Shown: positions 16,262 through 26,552, counted from the first letter of the stretch. The stretch is DNA of 64,000 nucleotides from an uncultured bacterium (GCA_964499705.1 CAZCME010000002.1:62001-126000); one strand, 5' to 3'. Notes: generated by a model not told the origin, from the sequence alone. Program-made: numbers and translations.

Positions 16262-18466
16262 ATGTCAGGCATCTCGTTTTCCGGGCTGGCGTCCGGCATT
16301 GATTTTGATTCGCTTCGATCGGCGCTTTTATCCGTGGAGCGACAGAGCTTAAAGCGCATCACCGACAAGCAGGACCGGATCGAACAGCAGCGCGACGCCT
16401 TCAACGACATCAACAGCCGCCTCGCCAATCTCAAGACCAAGCTCTCGCCGCTCCTCGCGACCGGAACATCCAATCTCTTTTCGCAGGTCTCCGCGTCCTC
16501 TTCCAACACGAGCGTATTTTCCGCGACCGCGACATCGAGCGCCGCCGCGGGGACGTATGACATCCGCGTGAAGAATCTCGCGCTGGCGGAAAGCGTCATA
16601 TCCGCGCAGGGGTCGAGCGTCGGATCCTTCACCTCCTCCATCGGCGGGACCGATCTGAATGCGGACATCGATGCGGCCACAACGCTCGTCGGGTCGCTCC
16701 ATCGCCGCGACACGTCCGCCAGCTTCGTGGACGGCGATCTCGGCCAGATGATGATCGACGACGGCGTGACGGGCGCCGTCAACGTCGACCTCTCACTGGG
16801 CGTCACATCCGCCAGCACATTTTCCGATTTGACCACCTACATTAACGGCCAGCTCGCGGGCGCGGGCTCGGCGGTCACCGCGTCCGTTAACGCGACCGGC
16901 GACGGGATTCTCTTCTCCTCCGGTACGGGCAATGTTTCCATCGCCGACGGCGGCGACGGAAAGACGACGGCGACGAAATTCGGCGTGGCGACGGCGGGAC
17001 TTGTCGCCGCTCCGGTGGACGGCGGAGACCTGGACGCCGATCTGCAGAGCGACACGCCTTTGGCGAAGTTGAACAGCGGCGCCGGCGTCGCGGATCTCGC
17101 CAGCGGATTCAAGATCCGCAACGGTTCCTCGTCCGTGACCGTGGACGTTTCCGCCTCCGCGACCGTCAGCGACATCCTAGCGCAGATCAACGGCGCCGGC
17201 ATCAGCGCGACGGCCGCGATCGACGCGGCCAAGAACGGCCTCAGCGTCACTTCGACCGTCGCCAACCGATCTCTCGCGATCGAGGAGAACGGCGGCTCCA
17301 CCGCGGTCAATCTCGGCATCTTCGGAGACTCGAATGTTCTGCAGTTGAAGACCGCGGCGGATGCGTCCTACTTCAAGGTCTACCTCAACGGGTCGTACGA
17401 TGGAGACTCCGCCAACCTTTCGCTCGAGGACATCCGCGATTCCATCAACGCGGTCTCGGGAAAAACATTCTCGGCCTCCGTCGTCGACAGCCGCCTTTCT
17501 TTCCAGTCCGATAAATCCGGCGTGGCCAACGCCCTGCAGGTCAAGGACACGGAGGTGGGCGCCGGAATTCTCGAACAGCTCGGCATCCTCGATGTGAATC
17601 CAGCCGACGATTCGACGATTTCGAATGCGTTCGCCGGCAACAATGCGCTGGGCGGCTACCTGCAGACCGCCACGAACGCTGTCTTTTCCGTGAACGGACT
17701 CCAGGTCAGCCGAGCGTCCAACACCGGCATCACCGATGTCATCACCGGAGTCACACTGAATCTCGCGGGCGCATCCGCCTCTTCCGGCCCCGCATTTCCG
17801 ACGGACTACACATCGTCGAGCCTGACCATTTCGAAGAACACGACGTCCATGGCTAATTCCATCGAGGAGTTCGTGAACCAGTTCAATTCCGTCGTGGAAT
17901 TCATCAACACGTCGGCGCAGGTGAATCCGGACGGAGACGACGGCATCCTGGCGGGCAACAGCATCGCGCGGAGCCTGCGGGATTCGCTGGTGTCACGCGC
18001 GTCGCAGCTCAATCCCGACCTGGGCCAGACCTTCCGTTCGCTCTTCGACATGAAGGACTCCGAAGGCAACGCCGTCTTTGAGCTCACCGACTCCAAGAGC
18101 GGCCAGATCACGCTCAACAAGACCGCGCTCACGAATCTCCTGAACGAGGATCCCGACAGCGTCTCGGACGTGCTGCGCTACGACAGCGACGCCGACGGCG
18201 TCTACGACGGAGGAATCGCGCACGCGCTGAACGTGATCGTGGAGAGCTACAACAAGACGAACACGGGCATCATCGCTTCGCAGGTGACTTCGTATGAGGA
18301 CCAGATCGACGACCTCGATGACCAGCTTCTCCGGATGAACGAGACCCTCGAGAAACGCGATGCGCTCCTGAAAAAGCAATTCTCGTCCGCGGAGCAGCTC
18401 ATCTCGCAGATGCAGTCGCAGGGCAATTACCTCTCCTCCCAACTGGCGGGCTTCGCCAAGCGCTGA
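16262..18466 (+). CDS. fliD: Flagellar filament cap protein (HAP2), extended
   Basis: N-term ISFSGLASGIDF, AAAGTYDI.V.NLA; C-term NA.F.VNG..V.R.SN..TDVITGVTLNL, FV.QFN, LKKQFS..EQLISQMQSQ.NYL. Confidence 0.93.
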   Translation: MSGISFSGLASGIDFDSLRSALLSVERQSLKRITDKQDRIEQQRDAFNDINSRLANLKTKLSPLLATGTSNLFSQVSASSSNTSVFSATATSSAAAGTYDIRVKNLALAESVISAQGSSVGSFTSSIGGTDLNADIDAATTLVGSLHRRDTSASFVDGDLGQMMIDDGVTGAVNVDLSLGVTSASTFSDLTTYINGQLAGAGSAVTASVNATGDGILFSSGTGNVSIADGGDGKTTATKFGVATAGLVAAPVDGGDLDADLQSDTPLAKLNSGAGVADLASGFKIRNGSSSVTVDVSASATVSDILAQINGAGISATAAIDAAKNGLSVTSTVANRSLAIEENGGSTAVNLGIFGDSNVLQLKTAADASYFKVYLNGSYDGDSANLSLEDIRDSINAVSGKTFSASVVDSRLSFQSDKSGVANALQVKDTEVGAGILEQLGILDVNPADDSTISNAFAGNNALGGYLQTATNAVFSVNGLQVSRASNTGITDVITGVTLNLAGASASSGPAFPTDYTSSSLTISKNTTSMANSIEEFVNQFNSVVEFINTSAQVNPDGDDGILAGNSIARSLRDSLVSRASQLNPDLGQTFRSLFDMKDSEGNAVFELTDSKSGQITLNKTALTNLLNEDPDSVSDVLRYDSDADGVYDGGIAHALNVIVESYNKTNTGIIASQVTSYEDQIDDLDDQLLRMNETLEKRDALLKKQFSSAEQLISQMQSQGNYLSSQLAGFAKR

Positions 18467-18521
18467 CGCGGCACCAAAATCACGTTGGTTTCTCCGCTTC
18501 GATGATGGTACATTTGCCGCC

Positions 18522-18560
18522 ATGGCCATCATTCCCCGTTTCAAGCACGCGCGATCATGA
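18522..18560 (+). CDS. Putative 12-aa upstream ORF coupled to trpB
   Basis: TACATT-7nt-[15 protein letters not shown]; its TGA overlaps the trpB ATG (ATGA). Confidence 0.3.
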   Translation: MAIIPRFKHARS

Positions 18561-19729
18561 CGACGGCCTCGCCAGGTCGGTTCGGTCGATTCGGCGGCGT
18601 GTACGTGCCGGAGACGTTGTACCTGCCGGTCCAGGAACTGGCCGCCGCGTTCGACCGGTACTGCCGCGACGAAGCCTTCCTTTCTGAATTCCACAACCTG
18701 CTGAGCACCTACGCCGGCCGCCCGACGCCGCTCACGTTCGCGAACCGACTGTCCGACAAGCTCGGTGCGCGCATTCATCTCAAGCGCGAGGATCTCCTGC
18801 ATACCGGCGCCCACAAGATCAATAATTCGCTCGGCCAGGCGCTCCTCGCCAGGCGCATGGGCAAGACCAGGCTCATCGCGGAGACGGGCGCGGGGCAGCA
18901 CGGAGTGGCGACGGCGACGGCCGCGGCGAAACTGGGAATGACGTGTGTCGTGTACATGGGCACCGATGACATGAAGCGGCAGGCTCCGAACGTGGAACGC
19001 ATGCGGCTGCTCGGCGCGGAAGTGCGCGGCGTGGATGCGGGATCGAGGACGCTGAAGGACGCGATCAACGAGGCGATGCGCGACTGGGTCTCCAACATCT
19101 CGACGACCCACTACTGCCTCGGCTCGGCGCTCGGGCCGCACCCTTATCCCACGATGGTTCGCGAGTTCCACAGGATGATCGGCGACGAGGCGCGGCGCGA
19201 TTACCTGGCATCCGAGGAGCGGCTTCCGGACGTCGTGGTCGCGTGCGTCGGCGGAGGATCGAACGCGATCGGCATCTTCACGGCGTTTCTCGATGACGAT
19301 GTGAAGCTGATCGGAGTGGAAGCGGGAGGCCGTGGGGACAAGCCGGGAGACCACGCGGCGCGGTTCCTGGCCGGAGCGGAGGTCGGCGTCCTGCATGGAT
19401 GCGAGACATACCTGCTTCAGGATGAGGACGGCAATATTCTTCCGACGCATTCGGTTTCCGCCGGGCTCGATTACCCGGCGGTCGGCCCGGAACACGCGAT
19501 GTTGCATGATTCCGGCCGGGTCCGCTACGACCGCGTATCCGACACGGAAGCACTGGCTGCATTCGCGCAGCTGGCGAAGCTGGAGGGAATTCTTCCCGCG
19601 CTCGAATCGTCTCATGCGCTGGCATACGTCGCGCGCGCCTTTGCCGGATCCGGGAAGCGGGTCCTCGTCAATCTCTCCGGCCGCGGCGACAAGGACCTGG
19701 CCATCGTATTGGAGCAACTGCCGGCATGA
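18557..19729 (+). CDS. trpB: Tryptophan synthase beta subunit
   Basis: [64 protein letters not shown]. Confidence 0.98.
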   Translation: MTTASPGRFGRFGGVYVPETLYLPVQELAAAFDRYCRDEAFLSEFHNLLSTYAGRPTPLTFANRLSDKLGARIHLKREDLLHTGAHKINNSLGQALLARRMGKTRLIAETGAGQHGVATATAAAKLGMTCVVYMGTDDMKRQAPNVERMRLLGAEVRGVDAGSRTLKDAINEAMRDWVSNISTTHYCLGSALGPHPYPTMVREFHRMIGDEARRDYLASEERLPDVVVACVGGGSNAIGIFTAFLDDDVKLIGVEAGGRGDKPGDHAARFLAGAEVGVLHGCETYLLQDEDGNILPTHSVSAGLDYPAVGPEHAMLHDSGRVRYDRVSDTEALAAFAQLAKLEGILPALESSHALAYVARAFAGSGKRVLVNLSGRGDKDLAIVLEQLPA

Positions 19730-20544
19730 CCGTCGCCATCCTGACAGCGCCTCGAGGGGTACGATCCGTCGAAGCGATCTTCGAGCGCGGGAAGGCGCTC
19801 ATCGCGTATCTCGTCGCGGGGCATCCTTCCGTCGCGGCCTCGCGGGAGTGCATCCAGGCTGCCATCGAAGGTGGCGCGGACCTGGTGGAAGTCGGAGTGC
19901 CCTTTTCCGATCCGATCGCGGACGGGAAGACGATCCAGGCTGCCGGGGAGATCGGGCTGCGGAACGGCATGACGTTGCGGCGATCGCTCGAACTGATCGC
20001 GGAGATCCGGCGGGCGCACTCGACGCCGATGGTCGTGATGAGCTATTACAATCCGATCCTCCGACTCGGCTGCGACAACTTCGTGAAGGAAGCGATGAAC
20101 CACGGAGTGGACGGAATGATCGTGCCGGACATGATTCCGGAGGAAGCGGGAGATCTCGCCGCCGCATCCACCGCGCGCGACTTCGCCTTCATCCACCTCG
20201 AGGCTCCCAATTCCGGCGACACCCGGCTCGAATATATCTGCCGATCCTCGACAGGATTCATCTATTGCCTGGGACTGGAAGGAGTGACGGGCGAGCGGGA
20301 CAGCCTTCAGGATTCCATCGGGCCTTTTCTCTCGCGCGCCAGGAAAGCGGAGGAAAGGACGCGGGAGAAGGGGAAGAAGAAGGCGATCGCCGTTGGGTTC
20401 GGCGTTTCGCGCCCGGAGCATGTCCGGAAGCTTTCGGGGCTTGCCGACGGCGTGATCGTGGGCTCCGCCGTGGTCCGCCGCGCCGGAGAATCGCCGGAAG
20501 CCGTCGCCCGTTTCATCCGCGAATTGAAGAGTGCCCTATGCTGA
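19726..20544 (+). CDS. trpA: Tryptophan synthase alpha subunit
   Basis: [43 protein letters not shown]. Confidence 0.97.
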   Translation: MTVAILTAPRGVRSVEAIFERGKALIAYLVAGHPSVAASRECIQAAIEGGADLVEVGVPFSDPIADGKTIQAAGEIGLRNGMTLRRSLELIAEIRRAHSTPMVVMSYYNPILRLGCDNFVKEAMNHGVDGMIVPDMIPEEAGDLAAASTARDFAFIHLEAPNSGDTRLEYICRSSTGFIYCLGLEGVTGERDSLQDSIGPFLSRARKAEERTREKGKKKAIAVGFGVSRPEHVRKLSGLADGVIVGSAVVRRAGESPEAVARFIRELKSALC

Positions 20545-21008
20545 ACATCAACGAACTGCTGCCCGAGATCCCGATCTTCTGCACGCTGGAGCCCGATGAA
20601 ATTACCGTCCTCAGGAAATATCTCGAGAGGAAGAGCTTTGCGGAGAACACGCATGTGTTTCACGAGGGAGATCCGGGCGACGGGCTCTTCGTCGTCGCGG
20701 TGGGCGCCGTCAAGATCGCGAAGAATATCGACGGCACGAACGAGAAAGTCCTGGCGGGTTTCGCGGAAAAGGAATTCTTCGGCGAGCTGGCGCTGTTGGA
20801 CGGCAAATCCCGCTCCGCGTCGGCGATCGCGACGCGGGCGAGCGTCCTGCTGAAGATCAGCGCGGAAAATTTCAACAAGCTGATGACCGAATCCCCCTTC
20901 GCGGCCTTGAAGATCGTCTCGCAGATCGCCTGCCATCTCTCCATGAGGCTCCGCGATACGAACATCCGGCTCTCCGAGCTGGAGAATTACCGGCTCCTCA
21001 GGGGATGA
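20538..21008 (+). CDS. Stand-alone cyclic-nucleotide-binding domain protein
   Basis: VFHEGDPGDGLFVV, FFGELALLDGKSRSASA; no HTH; overlaps the trpA stop. Confidence 0.88.
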   Translation: MLNINELLPEIPIFCTLEPDEITVLRKYLERKSFAENTHVFHEGDPGDGLFVVAVGAVKIAKNIDGTNEKVLAGFAEKEFFGELALLDGKSRSASAIATRASVLLKISAENFNKLMTESPFAALKIVSQIACHLSMRLRDTNIRLSELENYRLLRG

Positions 21009-22990
21009 ATCGCATCCCGCAACATATCGGCCTTGCCGGAAGCAGGAACCTCTTTCGCGCGTGCACAGTTCTCATGGTCGCCGGTTTCATATCCGCCTGC
21101 ATCCTGACCGGAGCGGAGAAGGCGGACAAGCTATACGCCGCGGGCGATTACGAACGATCCGCCGAGGCCTATCGCGACTTCATCCGCATGGAGCCGAAAT
21201 CGTCCTATCTTCCCGAAGCCTATCTGGGGCTGGCATGGAGCGAATACAAACGGGGTAACTTCGCCCAGGCTTCGGAAGCCGTGGAGCTCATGCGCAGCCG
21301 CCATCCCGGGCACAAGCTCGAAGCCACCGCGATGTATCTGCACGCGATGGCTCTCGTGGGCGAGCGCCGTTACGTGGAGTGCTCGAACCTGCTGCGCGAA
21401 CTCATTCTTCATCACCCTGATGATCCCGTGTTACCCGAGGCGAGATTCCTGCTCGCGCGCTCGGAAGCCGCGCTACTTCGATTCGCCTCCGCCGCGGAGG
21501 AGTATCGGAAATACCTGGATCTCTACCCCGGCGGACCCTACATCGCCGCCGCCCTGCTCGGCCGCGCCGACGCGCTCGCCCGGTCCGCGAAGTGGCAGGA
21601 ATCCGCGGACGTGCTGGCGGCCTACCTGGAGCAGTTTCCGAGGCATCCGGATCGCGTCGAGGCGATGCTGAACGTGGCGCGATTCCGCATGGCGTACGCC
21701 GATTTCGACGCGGCCGAAAAAATCCTGCTGCATCTCCGGAATAATGTGACCGCGCCGCCTTCCGCGGAAATCCAGGCGGTGCGGATGCTCGCGGAGATCT
21801 ACGACATCACGAGGCGGCAGGACAAGGCGATCGAGGCCTACGAGCAATTGCGCGGGCTCCTGCCGCGCGACTCGGAAGCCGACCGCGCGAAACTGGCCGT
21901 GAAATTCGCGGACTACTATGTGGGGCAGGGGGACACGGCGCGCGCAAGGGCCTACTACCAGCAGCTGGCCGATGCTCGGGATGCCGGTTCTGATGAGCAC
22001 GCTCGCGCTCTGACGTGGCTCGCGGCCGACGAAATGGCCCGGGGAAACCGGGAGCAGGCGGTGAGATACGGCGAGCGCTACATGACGTCCTATCCCTCCC
22101 GGATCGACGCGGGGGGCGTGGAGCGGATGCTCATCGATGTGCTGGTTTCTTCAGGCCGCGTCCGCGACGGGCGCGACCGCCTCGCCACGCTCCTCGAGAA
22201 AGAAGATGCGTTCGCATTGCCGAAAGATTTCTATCGACTGGCTTCGCTCAACATGGAGCTGAGGGATTATGACGAGGCGCTCGCGGCGGCGAAGGAAGGA
22301 CTGGCGCGCGCGCGGCGCCTGGAAGACACGCCGACGATCCTGTCGGGCCTGTATCACACCATGATCATCCATAATCTTAAAGGGGACCTCGCCCGCGCCG
22401 TCGAAAGCTGGTGGAACATCAAGGATATTTCGCCGAGTTATGTGACCGTGACGGAGAAGGTGTACTGGGACGACCGGGAGGAGGAATTCTACCGGCAGAA
22501 CAGGGAGATACCGGCGGCCATGCGGAGGCGCGCCGCCGACCGGAAGGGACTCCTGTCCATCCACGTCGCGGGATTCGAGTGGAGTTACGGAGACACGCAT
22601 GCCATGGATCTATCCTCCTCCCTGAGGACTCTCCTTGCGACATCCATCAGCGTCGATCCCGACATGAGCTATGTGCCGTATGAGGAGATGGTTCATATTC
22701 ACGAAATCATGCGTCGCGACGACTTCACCAATCTGCCCGATACCTGGTTTCCGCTCCGTTCGACCATCGGCGCCGACTGGATTGTCACAGGCTCCATCCG
22801 CACGGAACAGGCGGACGGGACGGATGCGCTCGTCGTGGTGCTCAGGTTGAAACTGCTGCGCGTCGATTATGGCGGGATCTTTCCCTTCGAGTATGTCTAC
22901 AAGTTTCTCCCTGTCGAAGCGGCGACGATTCCTCCGTCCATCGTCCGGGAAACGATGGAGAGACTGAAACTGTACCGGCCTGAGCGGTAA
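21005..22990 (+). CDS. Exported tetratricopeptide-repeat protein (BamD/CpoB-like repeats)
   Basis: Signal/lipoprotein-like N-terminus; repeated A..Y..(F/Y)...YP....A.Y TPR units. Confidence 0.75.
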   Translation: MNRIPQHIGLAGSRNLFRACTVLMVAGFISACILTGAEKADKLYAAGDYERSAEAYRDFIRMEPKSSYLPEAYLGLAWSEYKRGNFAQASEAVELMRSRHPGHKLEATAMYLHAMALVGERRYVECSNLLRELILHHPDDPVLPEARFLLARSEAALLRFASAAEEYRKYLDLYPGGPYIAAALLGRADALARSAKWQESADVLAAYLEQFPRHPDRVEAMLNVARFRMAYADFDAAEKILLHLRNNVTAPPSAEIQAVRMLAEIYDITRRQDKAIEAYEQLRGLLPRDSEADRAKLAVKFADYYVGQGDTARARAYYQQLADARDAGSDEHARALTWLAADEMARGNREQAVRYGERYMTSYPSRIDAGGVERMLIDVLVSSGRVRDGRDRLATLLEKEDAFALPKDFYRLASLNMELRDYDEALAAAKEGLARARRLEDTPTILSGLYHTMIIHNLKGDLARAVESWWNIKDISPSYVTVTEKVYWDDREEEFYRQNREIPAAMRRRAADRKGLLSIHVAGFEWSYGDTHAMDLSSSLRTLLATSISVDPDMSYVPYEEMVHIHEIMRRDDFTNLPDTWFPLRSTIGADWIVTGSIRTEQADGTDALVVVLRLKLLRVDYGGIFPFEYVYKFLPVEAATIPPSIVRETMERLKLYRPER

Positions 22991-23220
22991 GGATGAATTA
23001 TGAAGCACAGGACTTCCCCATCAAAAATATTAACAGGATGAACAGGATAGGCAGGATCGATTCAGGGTGGCATAGAATGCGATTTAGTCATGTTATCGGG
23101 AAGTGGTTTTCATTCCTCCTAAATCCTGCCCATCCTGCCCATCCTGTTAAATTTTCCGCCATCGGATGGGGAACTTCCATATGAAGCACTTCATCCTTCA
23201 TAATTCCCCCTTCATCCTTT
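22989..23220. mobile_element. Nested palindromic elements with 10-bp target-site duplication
   Basis: Direct repeat TATGAAGCAC (22999-23008, 23180-23189); IR TTCCCCATC/GATGGGGAA; inner 28-bp IR (25/28 match) of CAGGAT 9-mer repeats; outer GGATGAA/TTCATCC heptamer palindrome. Confidence 0.8.
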
Positions 23221-23225
23221 AGACT
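23197..23225 (+). promoter_or_regulatory. Candidate leaderless promoter of accD
   Basis: TTCATA-17nt-TAGACT-6nt-ATG; the -35 lies within the repeat element. Confidence 0.5.
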
Positions 23226-23231
23226 CCCCAC

Positions 23232-24068
23232 ATGGATTGGTTCAAGAAAGTCAAGTATCGCTCCCGCAAGATCGCGAAGGAAGAGGCTGTAACAGGCCTC
23301 TGGACGAAGTGCGCGGGCTGCGAGGCGATGCTGCCGAAGAACGAGCTGAAGGAGAACCACCAGGTCTGCACGATCTGCGGGCACCATCACAGGATCGGCG
23401 CGCGCTCGCGCATCAAGATGATCCTGGATCCGAACACGTTCGACGAGCAGGACGCGCGGATGCAACCGCAGGACCCTCTCGAATTCGTCGATGAAAAACC
23501 GTATCGGGAACGTATCGAGGAAGCCCGGGGGAAATCCTCCGAGAAGGAAGCGATCCTGACGGGCTACGGAAAAATCGAGGACCGCGATGTGGCGCTCGGG
23601 GTCATGAATTTCGATTTCATGGGCGGATCGATGGGATCGGTGGTCGGGGAGAAGATCGCGCGTCTCGCGGAACGAGCCATCGAGCACCGGAGGCCGCTCG
23701 TCTTCGTCACTGCTTCCGGCGGCGCCCGGATGCAGGAAGGGATTCTCTCGCTCATGCAGATGGCCAAGACCGTCGCCGCGCTCTCCAGGCACAAGAAGGC
23801 GGGGCTCCTGTCCGTGACGATCCTGACCGATCCGACGACCGGCGGCACCACCGCGTCCTTCGCGACGGCGACGGACGTGATCCTCGCGGAGCCGGGCGCG
23901 CTCGTCGCCTTCGCGGGTCCCCGCGTCATCGAGCAGACGATCCGGCAGAAGTTGCCGGACGGATTCCAGCGCTCCGAATTTCTGCTGTCACACGGCCTCG
24001 TCGATGCGATCGTCAAACGGGGCGAAATCCGTCCCACCTTGTCGAGGCTCTTTGCGTTCGCCGGATAA
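23232..24068 (+). CDS. accD: Acetyl-CoA carboxylase carboxyltransferase beta subunit
   Basis: LWTKC..C...VC..C zinc finger, FMGGSMGSVVGEKI, SGGARMQEG, PTTGG, FAGPRVIEQT. Confidence 0.98.
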   Translation: MDWFKKVKYRSRKIAKEEAVTGLWTKCAGCEAMLPKNELKENHQVCTICGHHHRIGARSRIKMILDPNTFDEQDARMQPQDPLEFVDEKPYRERIEEARGKSSEKEAILTGYGKIEDRDVALGVMNFDFMGGSMGSVVGEKIARLAERAIEHRRPLVFVTASGGARMQEGILSLMQMAKTVAALSRHKKAGLLSVTILTDPTTGGTTASFATATDVILAEPGALVAFAGPRVIEQTIRQKLPDGFQRSEFLLSHGLVDAIVKRGEIRPTLSRLFAFAG

Positions 24069-24094
24069 CGCGTCGCCTTGAAGCACCCGCAGTC

Positions 24095-25282
24095 ATGACA
24101 CACACGTTGAGCGCTCTCGATTCCCGCATAGAACGGGGATGGCGGCTGGGGCTCGACGGGATGAAGGATGTCCTCTCGCGGATGGATCCGGTGAAGTATC
24201 CCGTCGTCCTCGTCGGAGGAACGAACGGAAAAGGATCCGTCTGTCGGCGTCTGCATGACTGGTTTCGCCATTGCGGAAATCGCACGGGCCTGACGATTTC
24301 GCCTCATCTCGTCGATGTGCGGGAGCGAATCATGGTGGACGGCGTCCTCGTGTCGGTCGACGAATTCGACGAACTTTTCACGGAAATATCGCGCCTTGAC
24401 GGCGATCGATCGACCTATTTCGAGACGCTCGCGCTGATGGCGATCCGGCATTTCCAGAAGAAGAAGGTCGATATCGCCGTCGTCGAAATCGGCCTGGGCG
24501 GGCGCCTGGACGCCTTCAATGCGCTTGATCCCGCGGTCAGCGTCATCACGTCGATCGGGTTCGAACATGAGCAATACCTGGGAGACACCCTGGAGAAGAT
24601 CGCGATGGAGAAGGCGCAGATCGCCCGAAACGGGCGAACCTGCATCCTGGGGTGCGATCTGCCGGCCCTGGAGCAGGAAGTGATGCGGATTGGCGCGCGC
24701 ATCGAGATTATCTCGCCCTCGGTAGAGGAGACCTTCGTGGAGCGGAACATCGAGACGGCTGTTGCGGCGGCAAGGGCCGTGCAAACCCTGCGTGGCGCGG
24801 ATTTCGACGAGGAAGAGTGCCGGCGCGTCTGCGAAGCGTCCCGCTGGCCTTGTCGATTCGAAGTGATTTCCGCTTCGCCCGAGATCGTCCTGGATGCCGC
24901 GCATAATCCTCCCGCCGCGGAAGCCCTGGCACGCGCGCTGAAAAAGTTGCCGCCCCGCAGGAAGACAGTGGCGCTTGTCGCGTTCGTATCCGATAAGGAC
25001 ATTCCCGGCTTCTTCGTCCGGCTGGACGAAGTCGTGGATGAATGGATTGTGACGGAGTTTGAAGGCGGCAGGGCCATGAAAGCCTCGGATATCGCCGCCC
25101 CCTTCAATTCCAGCGTGGAGCCGAACATGGAAAACGCCCTGCGCCGGGCGCGAGAGGCCGCGGGTCCCCACGGCCGAATTCTTTTGACTGGATCGCTGTA
25201 TTTCCTGGGAGAGTTGCTGAGACGAAATGTGGTTGATTCTCCCTCCTATCGCACGCTGAATCCGTCGTTTCGCGGGATCTGA
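24095..25282 (+). CDS. folC: Folylpolyglutamate synthase/dihydrofolate synthase
   Basis: GTNGKGS, SPHL...RERI, TYFE, EIGLGGRLDAFN, LDAAHN, GSLYF.GE; accD-folC synteny. Confidence 0.95.
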   Translation: MTHTLSALDSRIERGWRLGLDGMKDVLSRMDPVKYPVVLVGGTNGKGSVCRRLHDWFRHCGNRTGLTISPHLVDVRERIMVDGVLVSVDEFDELFTEISRLDGDRSTYFETLALMAIRHFQKKKVDIAVVEIGLGGRLDAFNALDPAVSVITSIGFEHEQYLGDTLEKIAMEKAQIARNGRTCILGCDLPALEQEVMRIGARIEIISPSVEETFVERNIETAVAAARAVQTLRGADFDEEECRRVCEASRWPCRFEVISASPEIVLDAAHNPPAAEALARALKKLPPRRKTVALVAFVSDKDIPGFFVRLDEVVDEWIVTEFEGGRAMKASDIAAPFNSSVEPNMENALRRAREAAGPHGRILLTGSLYFLGELLRRNVVDSPSYRTLNPSFRGI

Positions 25283-25307
25283 ATTTTCGCTAAAGAGTGC
25301 GCCATGC

Positions 25308-26045
25308 TCAAACGGCGAGGAAATAGAGGAGCCACGCGATCAGCGAGAGCGTGGCTCCGAAGAAGCATGGCGCCAGAGGCATGATGCGGTCGTCCACGGT
25401 GAAGAAAAATGCAACCGTCCTGGCGCCGGAATCTCGCCATGAAAATTCAAAGAATTCCGAAATGACGAAGGCCGCGGTAAAGAGAAAGAGGGCGGCCAGT
25501 CCAGCCATCGAAAGACCATAAACCTCCACGATCTTCACGGCGGCCGGCTTCATGTGCATGTGTTCCAGGAGAAAAATAGGAACGGCTCTCAGGATGGCCC
25601 GGATGGAGAATGGTGCCGTCACGACGCCCAGGGCTCCGCTGACGAGAAGAAACATCTTTCCGAAGATGATGAACATCTCGTGCGCATCAGGTAACTCGGA
25701 TCCGAAGAAGATCGTGCGTACGTCGCGCCGGACATCCTCCCAGAATTCCTCGTAGCTGACTTCCGTGTAGTGCCGCGCCCGGTTGCGTGCCGACCGGGCC
25801 CATTCGTCATATTCGGGATTGACTCCGCCCGAGACCTCCCTCTGCCCGTCGTAGATCTTCCGCTTCCAAGGATCGGCGAGAATTTCATAGGCTTCATAAG
25901 CCTCCATGAATCGGTGCCTGGCCTGGGGCGACGGATTTTTATCGGGGTGCCACTTGAGCGCGGCCTTTCTGAAAGCCGTCTTGATCTCGTCCTGTCTCGC
26001 CGCCGGTGAGACGCAGAGGACGGCGTAGTAGTCGCCGGAAAGCAT
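25308..26045 (-). CDS. J-domain membrane protein
   Basis: DYYAVL, EIKTAFRK.ALKWHPDKN (HPD), EAYEIL.D; three C-terminal TM segments. Confidence 0.85.
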   Translation of the reverse strand: MLSGDYYAVLCVSPAARQDEIKTAFRKAALKWHPDKNPSPQARHRFMEAYEAYEILADPWKRKIYDGQREVSGGVNPEYDEWARSARNRARHYTEVSYEEFWEDVRRDVRTIFFGSELPDAHEMFIIFGKMFLLVSGALGVVTAPFSIRAILRAVPIFLLEHMHMKPAAVKIVEVYGLSMAGLAALFLFTAAFVISEFFEFSWRDSGARTVAFFFTVDDRIMPLAPCFFGATLSLIAWLLYFLAV

Positions 26046-26114
26046 GCGGTACGTTTATGGGAACCGGTGCGAGGGTCAATGATTAAATGAGGGGATATGC
26101 CGCCCGTCGCATAC

Positions 26115-26552
26115 TCAATAAATGCCGCCCGACAGAGCCGCCTGGTTCTGGCCCATCGTGCCTGTTCCGACGGCGCCGGCGAACATGCTCCGCAGGGGGC
26201 CGCCCAGCGCGACGAAGGTGAGCATGCTGGCGATCACGATCGCAGCCAGGGCCAGGGCGATGAAGGGGCCGGAGGAGTAGGCAGATTCCCGGAGGCCGGA
26301 TCCACCCCGAGCCGCGGCCGAAGTCCCGCCTTTCATCGAGCGCCGCTTTCTGTTTTCCGCGAGGAAACGCTTTGTCGTCAATTCATCGAGCGGCGCGGGC
26401 GGAACGAGCGCCGCGGATAGGGCTCGGATACGCGCGACTTCCTCCCGGCATTCGGAACATGACGCGAGATGAGATTCGACCGCATTCCGCTTCGCCGCAT
26501 CCAGCTCCCCGTCGACGAACGCGGAGAGCAGTTCTCCGGGATGCTCCTTCAT
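26115..26552 (-). CDS. Zinc-finger (zf-HC2) membrane anti-sigma factor
   Basis: LLSAFVDGEL...VESHLASCSECREE (HxxxCxxC) + TM; ATGA overlap with the sigma gene. Confidence 0.88.
   Translation of the reverse strand: MKEHPGELLSAFVDGELDAAKRNAVESHLASCSECREEVARIRALSAALVPPAPLDELTTKRFLAENRKRRSMKGGTSAAARGGSGLRESAYSSGPFIALALAAIVIASMLTFVALGGPLRSMFAGAVGTGTMGQNQAALSGGIY

Noticed and set aside
16029-23220. CRISPR array interpretation of the short repeats
   Set aside because: The repeats are inverted or short-period tandem, not regularly spaced direct repeats; no cas genes
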